From positions 1 through 20,317 of the forward strand of contig JAYGDX010000091.1 in the NCBI GenBank assembly GCA_046582655.1: a stretch of 20,317 nucleotides of DNA. The letters run 5' to 3'. A program made the translations under genes and the position numbers. Under the pieces are notes generated by a model, which did not search any database, had not been told where the DNA came from, and saw only the letters and a program-made list of their open reading frames with translations. The stretch comes from Candidatus Poribacteria bacterium (GTDB lineage Bacteria; Poribacteria; WGA-4E; UBA9662). Positions 8,851 to 15,926 of this stretch are shown piece by piece. The first letter of the stretch is position 1. Each line of letters opens with the position of its first letter.

Positions 8851-10101
8851 ATGCAAAAAATTCGATTAGCAATTGTCGGTTGTGGAGGCATGGGACATCG
8901 TCACATGTATGGGCTGGTCGAGCTTCATCAATCAGGATGGGAACACTTCGACCTTGTTGGTGTCTGCGACCCGGTTGAAGCCAATGCTGAATCTCTAGCT
9001 GGTCAAGTTGCTGCACAGCTTGGCCCCCCCCCAACAGTTGTCAGTAATTTGGATGATCTGGCCGCCTTAGGCGTTGAAGCCGTCGATGTCACCACAACCC
9101 CAAGATATCATCACACAATTGCGATTGAAACTCTAGAACGGGGTTGGCATACGATGGTGGAAAAACCGATGGGGCTAACCGTTCGTGCCTGCAACCTGAT
9201 CCATCGAGCATCAGAAGCGTCCGATGCCATTTTAAGCGTGGCTGAAAATTACCGTCGCGATCCCATTAATCGTTTAGCCAAAACTTTACTGGATGCTTCT
9301 GTCATCGGGGATCCACGCCTTCTTATACATCATACCGTTAGTGGCTCGAACCAGATGTTAATTTCGGTATGGCGTCACCAGAAGAACGAAAGTGGGATAC
9401 TTCTTGACGTTGGAGTACACTTTACAGACATGATGGAATATCTGTTGGGTGATATCGAAACGGTTTATGCCCAAACCAGGCTTCATGAAAAAACTCGCAA
9501 AAACCCAACAGCCGGATCGTCGAACCCCACCGGCGTCTATGGCAAATGGCAGAAGCAGATGCCAGCTGAGTTTGAGGCGACAGCCGAAGACGCCGCATAC
9601 GCAACATTGACCTTTAAGAATGGTGCTGTTGGGCAGTACATCGAAGATCATGCTGGACATGGCCAAGGCGTGTGGGCTCGGCAAATTTATGGTTCGAGAG
9701 GATCAATGACACTTCCCAGTGACCGAAGTGGAGGAAACATCACCTTGCATCTTGAAGGTCAAGCGATTATCGAGGACCAAAAGATCTTAGATTTGGTTCC
9801 CGATTTTCAGCTGGATGACATCACGACCAGACTGTTTGGCGGGAATCGATTGTGGCGCTACCAGTTCCCGTTCCCGGAAACGGACCGCAAGATTATCGCG
9901 ATAGAATACGCGGATTTTGCTGAGGCGATTTTTGGTCAGCATCAAGTCGAAGTGAATGCCGAGCAAGGTACTAGATCTGTTGCCGCCTCTTACTCCATGA
10001 TGGAATCCCATCAAATTGGTCGCCTGGTAACTCTTGAGGAAGTTATTACCGAGCAGGTTGATAGCTACCAAGAAGAAATTAATGACAGCCTAGGACTATA
10101 A
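8851..10101 (+). CDS. Gfo/Idh/MocA family oxidoreductase
   Basis: IVGCGGMG, VEKPM, AENYR, LLDVGVH motifs; GAGGAG RBS. Confidence 0.93.
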   Translation: MQKIRLAIVGCGGMGHRHMYGLVELHQSGWEHFDLVGVCDPVEANAESLAGQVAAQLGPPPTVVSNLDDLAALGVEAVDVTTTPRYHHTIAIETLERGWHTMVEKPMGLTVRACNLIHRASEASDAILSVAENYRRDPINRLAKTLLDASVIGDPRLLIHHTVSGSNQMLISVWRHQKNESGILLDVGVHFTDMMEYLLGDIETVYAQTRLHEKTRKNPTAGSSNPTGVYGKWQKQMPAEFEATAEDAAYATLTFKNGAVGQYIEDHAGHGQGVWARQIYGSRGSMTLPSDRSGGNITLHLEGQAIIEDQKILDLVPDFQLDDITTRLFGGNRLWRYQFPFPETDRKIIAIEYADFAEAIFGQHQVEVNAEQGTRSVAASYSMMESHQIGRLVTLEEVITEQVDSYQEEINDSLGL

Positions 10102-10177
10102 CATAATCAGTTAGGACAGCGAGAAAATCGACCCATTATTAATGCTGACTTAATACACACAACTCTTGAGAGGACTT

Positions 10178-11017
10178 ATGAAACTCGGATATAGTACATG
10201 GGGGATGCCAACGGTTCCCGTTGAAATTGCAATTCGTCATATTGCGAAACTGGGATTTGATGGTATCGAGTTGACCGTCATTCCCGGTTATACAACAGAA
10301 CTTAGTACGCTCAATTCCAGTGAACGTCAACGAATCGCCAAGTTATTAAAAGATCATCACCTGCCACTGTCTGCTATCGCAGCGCACTCCAATCTACTGG
10401 CAACAAACAAGGAAGACTACCAAAAAAATATGTGGCGTCTAAAAGGGGGAGTGGATCTGGCGGTGGACCTGGTAGAAGATGGCATTATGCCTGCAGTCAA
10501 TACAACCCCCGGCGGCAGCCCAAATCAATGGGAGGAATTAAAGTCGTTTCTTGTCGAGAGGATCAACGAATTAGTTGATTACGCGAAATTGCGTGGCGTC
10601 ACGATTGCTATGGAACCGCATGTGGGAGCAATTATAGATACCCCGGATAAAATGCGCGAATGTTTGGATTTGGTTGACTCTCCTTATTTTAAGGTTAATT
10701 TTGATATTAGTCATTTCGATGTTGTTGGTTTCACCATCGAGGAGGCTGTTGCTGCTCTGGCACCTCATTCCATCCATACCCATGTCAAAGACCAACGAGG
10801 ACGCCATCCTAATTTTGAGTTTCTTATTCCTGGAGAAGGAGATTTCGATTACGTCACTTATTTAAAAGAAATGCAGGAGTCCGGCTATGACGGATTCATC
10901 ACAGTTGAGGTTAGCATGATGGTGCAACAACGCAAAGACTACGATCCTTTAGCCGCCGCAACACTTTCTTACCAAACTCTATCCCGTGCCTTTGCGGAGG
11001 CATCGATCGAGCGGTAG
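10178..11017 (+). CDS. Sugar phosphate isomerase/epimerase (xylose isomerase-like TIM barrel)
   Basis: GFDGIEL, MEPH, NFDISH, HTHVKD, PGEG, GYDGFITVE canonical metal ligands; ATG 10178 follows GAGAGGA. Confidence 0.92.
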   Translation: MKLGYSTWGMPTVPVEIAIRHIAKLGFDGIELTVIPGYTTELSTLNSSERQRIAKLLKDHHLPLSAIAAHSNLLATNKEDYQKNMWRLKGGVDLAVDLVEDGIMPAVNTTPGGSPNQWEELKSFLVERINELVDYAKLRGVTIAMEPHVGAIIDTPDKMRECLDLVDSPYFKVNFDISHFDVVGFTIEEAVAALAPHSIHTHVKDQRGRHPNFEFLIPGEGDFDYVTYLKEMQESGYDGFITVEVSMMVQQRKDYDPLAAATLSYQTLSRAFAEASIER

Positions 11018-11156
11018 AAACAGCTCCATAGACTTTCTTAGATTTATCACTACCATCTTGAATTAGCCAGGTCATTCTATCAGGCATTCAAATAATTTCT
11101 AAGTAAAGCGGTAATAAACATGAAAATCTTTCAACGACCAGAGAGAACCAAACGAA

Positions 11157-11984
11157 ATGTATAATCTCAACGGGCAGGTTGCTCTGGTAACAGGGACAGG
11201 CGGCCGGAATGGAATAGGACGAGCCATTGCCACTCGATTAGCCAGAGAAGGCGCGGATGTCATCCTCAACGACATTGCCATGCGTCCTTATGGGGAGGAA
11301 TCAACTCCATGGGCAGGAATGTCTGCTGTGGCGAAGGAGATCGAAGCACTCGGTCAGCAAGCCACGCCCATTGTGGCAGACGTGTCGGACGCAGAGCAAG
11401 TAGAAAATATGGTAACTCAGGCATTGGAACAGTTCGACTATATCGATATTCTGGTCAATAACGCGGGTGCGGCTGCAGGGAGTGATCGCGTACCATTAGT
11501 AGATCTAGAAGAAGAAGCTTGGGACATGGTACATCGGGTCAATGTTAAAGGAACGTTCCTCTGTTGTCGAGCGGTCGCCCGTCACATGATAGATCGGAAT
11601 CAAGGCGGCAAAATCATCAACATCTCTTCGCTAGCAGGTAAACGAGGTGTGGCACGCTACGCGGCTTATTGCGCATCCAAGTTTGCGGTTATTGGCCTCA
11701 CCGAGTCACTGGCAAAAGAACTGGCTCCGCGTCAGATCAACGTTAACGCCATCTGCCCAGGTTTGGTAGATACCGAACGAGTTGGTCATATCGCGTCCGC
11801 TGTGATACCTGGAGATCTCTCACCGAAAGAAAAACGAGATCAACTGGTTCAGCAAGCGACCGCCTCAGTCCCATTAAAAAGAATCGCTCAAGGATCAGAC
11901 GTGGCTAATATGGCCGCATTTCTTGCTTCGTCAGAATCGGACTACCTCACCGGGCTAGCTGTCACTGTTGCCGGCGGTTCCTGA
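11157..11984 (+). CDS. Classical short-chain dehydrogenase/reductase
   Basis: TGTGGRNGIG, DILVNNAG, INISS, YCASK, VNAICPG. Confidence 0.93.
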   Translation: MYNLNGQVALVTGTGGRNGIGRAIATRLAREGADVILNDIAMRPYGEESTPWAGMSAVAKEIEALGQQATPIVADVSDAEQVENMVTQALEQFDYIDILVNNAGAAAGSDRVPLVDLEEEAWDMVHRVNVKGTFLCCRAVARHMIDRNQGGKIINISSLAGKRGVARYAAYCASKFAVIGLTESLAKELAPRQINVNAICPGLVDTERVGHIASAVIPGDLSPKEKRDQLVQQATASVPLKRIAQGSDVANMAAFLASSESDYLTGLAVTVAGGS

Positions 11985-12043
11985 TATTTAGCTATTCCGT
12001 GACCATAAGCCTTGGTACGAATATTTTAATGCCGTTGATCACA

Positions 12044-12982
12044 TCAACGACCGCTTGTTTTCCAGTAATGCGTCGGTGCTTGATAGTCCACACCTTTGGG
12101 TGGTAAAAATTGGCGTAAATGTCCGCATCCATAGGCGGTACCTGCCAAACCTGGCATACCTCGATCCTCGTTTTCAACGCAGAGAACATAATTATAACCT
12201 GATTCTAGTAAAGCACCAATAACAGTTCCCCAATTCAGTTGTCCGCGACCTGGCACCCTATACTGCCACCACCAGTTGCCGATGATCCCTTGCCGATAAA
12301 GCATACGTGGGCTTACCTCGCAATCCTTAACATCCGCATAATACCACTTGCCGGCATAGTCACGGATCACATCTTCAGCCGGCATAATCATCATCCATAA
12401 CCAATGGGAAGGATCGCAGGAAAGACCTAAATACTCCGATGGTACGGCATCCAGAATCTTCTCCCACATTTCGGGATTACAACCGATATTTCCCATACGT
12501 ACAGCCACATCTAAAGCAATCTTGACCTTCACTTCTTCAGCTACCTCAACCACTGGAGTAAACATTTGACGGAAGCGCTCCACCAATTCATCGGAGCGAT
12601 CATCAGGGTTTCCCGGCATAGAGGAATAAATACCATAAAATCGGCCATTTTTTACCGGTGCTCCACTACCTGTAATGACCACTGGGCATTCTAAAAGGCG
12701 GGAAGATCTAAGTGCCTTAATCAAACGCGTTTGTTCTGCTTGGCGGATATCTTCATCGTCATCCAGCAAATTGCAGTGAGAACTGATACAGGCTAAGTAG
12801 AGGCTGTGATTGGCCAAGGTTGTGTTAACTTCATCCGGCCCCGTTTCAAGAACACGATCAGAATTCAGCACACCGCTATCAGCCAGGCGAATGCAATCAA
12901 AGTCATGTTCCTGAGCCCATCTAGCACATTCTTCCAAACTCCAACTTCCTTCTCCAGCCGAGGTTTGAAAACTTATATCCAT
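12044..12982 (-). CDS. Sugar phosphate isomerase/epimerase TIM barrel with atypical metal site
   Basis: CDPSH, VKD, YRVPGRG, CVENED motifs; AAGGA RBS. Confidence 0.85.
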   Translation of the reverse strand: MDISFQTSAGEGSWSLEECARWAQEHDFDCIRLADSGVLNSDRVLETGPDEVNTTLANHSLYLACISSHCNLLDDDEDIRQAEQTRLIKALRSSRLLECPVVITGSGAPVKNGRFYGIYSSMPGNPDDRSDELVERFRQMFTPVVEVAEEVKVKIALDVAVRMGNIGCNPEMWEKILDAVPSEYLGLSCDPSHWLWMMIMPAEDVIRDYAGKWYYADVKDCEVSPRMLYRQGIIGNWWWQYRVPGRGQLNWGTVIGALLESGYNYVLCVENEDRGMPGLAGTAYGCGHLRQFLPPKGVDYQAPTHYWKTSGR

Positions 12983-13049
12983 ATTTTATTTCCTTCATGA
13001 TAGATTTGAATTGGAGAGAAAATTTCTATTGATCAATACCGATTACTGG

Positions 13050-14054
13050 TCAATCCCACGGCAATGGGACACCCAGCCTCTGACTGACAGATTGTGCTGA
13101 TTCCTGTTCCATCTCTCCGTACCGGATGCCGTCACGACGATGCTCTCGCATTCGTTCTTCTTCTATCCCGCCAGGCAATATAGCTTGGTCGGTACCGGGC
13201 ATCGGCTGATATGTTTCTCGTACGTCTCGTACCATTCGGTCGGTTTCCGCATAGAAAGTCGCTTGCGGTAAAACGGAATCTACATGGATAGCAAGTACCA
13301 TTCCTCCCAATTTCGCACTTGACCATCGGTTACGAACCTCTTCACCATCAGGAAGCGTAAAACCGGTCAATCCGCCACCAAGCAAACTGGCAACCGCAGT
13401 ATAACCGACACTTTTAAAAAAGGCTGCCGGTATCTTAGAAAGAAGCGCGTCAAACTCCTCACCACGCTGGTAATCTGCCATAATACAAGTAGCCGCATCC
13501 AGCACAACTGGTGATTCATTTTCAGAGGGAATAGCAAAACTAATCGGTGGGTTACCGAAGTAACCAAGTTGTGGTTTTGGGTCGCTTCCACCAGCATTAC
13601 CTTGCCCTTGATAACCTTGGACAGAAAAACCAACACAACCTGCCTCCATACAGATCCGCGAATAATGTCCAGCGGATCCATAATGCCCGATGTTACGCAC
13701 TAACCCCATTCCAATACCAACTTCCTTGGCTTTAGCTATCGCTTGTTCTGTCGCACGAACCATTGGAAGATATCCTAAAGTTCCATCGCCATCCAGCACA
13801 ACTGCCGTTGGCGTTTGATGAACCATACGGACATCAGGTTGAGGATTCGCATAACCACCTTCAAAACTTCCGCAATAGCCGTTGACTGTCCGTGTGCCAT
13901 GACTACGAACGCCACGGAGGTCGGAGTTAACCAGTAAGCGACTGATGAGTGCGGCGTGGTCATGAGTAAGTCCAGCTTTTTCAAAGCAGGTGGTTGTAAA
14001 CTCCAGAAGGCGATCCTCCTGAACAAACACAAAAGATTCTGGTGGACGGTTCAT
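13050..14054 (-). CDS. Ldh_2 family oxidoreductase (type 2 malate/L-lactate/L-sulfolactate dehydrogenase family)
   Basis: SDLRGVRSHG, VLDGDGTLG, GHYGSAGHY, GNPPISFAIP, VVLDAA, LPG. Confidence 0.9.
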   Translation of the reverse strand: MNRPPESFVFVQEDRLLEFTTTCFEKAGLTHDHAALISRLLVNSDLRGVRSHGTRTVNGYCGSFEGGYANPQPDVRMVHQTPTAVVLDGDGTLGYLPMVRATEQAIAKAKEVGIGMGLVRNIGHYGSAGHYSRICMEAGCVGFSVQGYQGQGNAGGSDPKPQLGYFGNPPISFAIPSENESPVVLDAATCIMADYQRGEEFDALLSKIPAAFFKSVGYTAVASLLGGGLTGFTLPDGEEVRNRWSSAKLGGMVLAIHVDSVLPQATFYAETDRMVRDVRETYQPMPGTDQAILPGGIEEERMREHRRDGIRYGEMEQESAQSVSQRLGVPLPWD

Positions 14055-14170
14055 TGATACTTCCTTTTCTAAAAGAACCTGACTAAATAGGCCCGCAAGA
14101 TAAAATTAGGTCGGGTTGTGTTTATATCAATCAGGAATCGAGATGATGAACTGAAAAACTGTTTCTTCAA

Positions 14171-14193
14171 TAGACTTGGGTAACCCCAGTCTA
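14171..14193. terminator. Stem-loop, possible terminator
   Basis: TAGACTTGGG-TAA-CCCCAGTCTA hairpin, with TTTTT 6 nt downstream. Confidence 0.35.
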
Positions 14194-14315
14194 GCACATT
14201 TTTCCTGACATAAAAACAATTTGACATAAAAAACTGAAAAACTTGACACCAAAGTAACAGGACTACGTTTTACTAACTGAGTATCAAAATGCCAAATTGC
14301 AATATGGAGAACAAC

Positions 14316-14462
14316 ATGCCAATACGTCGCCAGACCTTTCGAGTTTGCAAAGAACTACATGGGTTAGGTAAAGTTTGGGTTGTCCGAAAAAATGGGGAAT
14401 TTATTACCGCCTTTAAAACCAAAAATGAAGCCAATGTGTGGATATACGTTCGTGAAAAATAA
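14316..14462 (+). CDS. Small basic hypothetical protein (48 aa), DUF2188/Arm-DNA-binding-like motif
   Basis: GGAGA SD 5 nt before ATG. MPIRRQTFRVCKELHGLGKVWVVRKNGEFITAFKTKNEANVWIYVREK. Below the ORF-track cutoff. Confidence 0.55.
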   Translation: MPIRRQTFRVCKELHGLGKVWVVRKNGEFITAFKTKNEANVWIYVREK

Positions 14463-14688
14463 CAACCAGTTTTTTGCAGCTTTTTGGACATATTACGCAC
14501 ATCCTACCAACAGAACTCTACTCCAATATGTGGCATTGCAGCCTACCCAATCCCAGCAATCAGGAACAAATCGGCTTGGGAGCGGTATAAGCCAGTTTTG
14601 AACAGGCGCAAGTTTTCTCAATAGGCCTAAAGAATATTTTGGGTAATGAAAAATTGGCAACGACAGGCCCACTCTCTAGAAAAGCTCA

Positions 14689-14757
14689 TTATCGATGATG
14701 GAGAATGCGCACCACCTCCACTATTTCCATCTGGATATTGATCGAAAATCGATCTGC
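14689..14757 (-). pseudogene. RelE/ParE toxin C-terminal remnant
   Basis: 14730-14689 reads MEIVEVVRILHHR*, matching the ParE C-terminal V(E/I)VVRILH..R/MD signature. Confidence 0.5.
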
Positions 14758-15079
14758 ATTTTAGACCAATTTTGAGTTAATATAGATGGAAGTCAGTCTC
14801 ATTCTCGAAACTTGCTTACGAGTGTAAATCGGAATCAGGGATGTCGCGGTTTTCGATGTGCGAATCTAGCATGCCAGCTGGGAGGATCAAACGCTTGCCG
14901 TATGAGCAAATTGCTCTATTGCAATCCCCTAGGAAACAGGAAAAGAAAGAGGCTATCCGCGATCGCGCTGGCAGGAATGCTTAAACGGCCGCCTAGTTTC
15001 AACAACCTAAATCCGAAATGGTATACGCTGGTTCGATTTGATACAAGAGTTCACGTCTGCTGACACAATATTCCGTACT

Positions 15080-15889
15080 ATGACCGAGGGAAAGCGCTGC
15101 GAATCTGCCCACATCTACCTGCTCAGTTTCATCCTACCGGTGGTCGTCCTCATCATGATGTTCGTGGGTGGTTGGACGGCCATGCTCGGGATCATCATTA
15201 CCCTCATCCTGTACCCGCTGTTCGACGTGTTTCTCGGTGCGAGGAAGAGCCCCGGCTGAGTCGACAGCATCCAGCATATCTTGAATGGCTACCAGCCCTG
15301 CACGTCACCCTCCAGCTCGCCATCTTGACCTCACTGTTCATGCTGGCTGTCACAGATGGTCCCGTTTGGGCCACATGAGTAGCGGCCGTTTCCTGCGGCT
15401 TCAGCGCAGGTATCTCAGTCATCGTCCCTGCTCATGAAGCTCGGCCACTATGTGCATAGTCCCAGCCGGTGGCTCGCAAATGCTATGATGCAGGCGGTGG
15501 CTTACCCACATTTTACGCAAGAGCACAACCGCAACCACCACCGGTACGTGGCAATGAAAAAAGATGGTGCAAGTGCACCGCGCGGTCGAGGATTCTGGAA
15601 ACACTTTGCGGTGACGATTCCTCTCCAGTGACTTAGTGTACACAGAGAAATGTCGCGAAAGTTCTCTGGCATCCGTAATCCAGTCCTGCTACGCACTGTA
15701 CTATCGCTACTTATCGCTACGGCACTTTTCCTATGTGACACCACCGTGAGCCCGATATGGCTGATTTATTCGGCATCAGCAGTTTTTCTGCTCGAGTACG
15801 TGAACTACATCCAACACTATGGGCTTCATAGAGAGGAAGGCGCGACAGTCACAGAACACCACAGTTGGGACTCCGAGGCTCGCTGGTAA
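15080..15889 (+). pseudogene. alkB: Alkane 1-monooxygenase / membrane desaturase-family pseudogene
   Basis: TM-rich N-terminus, His boxes AHE/LGH (frameshifted at 15439), EHNRNHH, NYIQHYG, HSWD. Frameshift near 15250, TGA at 15376 and 15629, truncated before the last His box. Confidence 0.88.
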
Positions 15890-15926
15890 CTGGCGTTGGT
15901 TTACAGGTAAATAGAAAACCTTACTT

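Noticed and set aside
13027..13038. Perfect 12-bp palindrome TATTGATCAATA
   Set aside because: Short, AT-rich, single copy between co-oriented genes; could arise by chance
14273..14601. ORF-track ORFs 14273-14500 (-) and 14380-14601 (+)
   Set aside because: No RBS or motifs; they overlap the better-supported 14316-14462 ORF
14725..14791. Integron attC site or retron msd
   Set aside because: No terminal RYYYAAC/GTTRRRY boxes, and no integrase or reverse transcriptase in the window
642..15889. Stop-codon reassignment or Sec/Pyl readthrough to explain the many in-frame TGA/TAG
   Set aside because: Intact genes end normally in TGA (e.g. 13050, 15927, 19554) and TAG (3162, 7317, 11017), TGG is used freely, and the same broken genes also carry frameshifts
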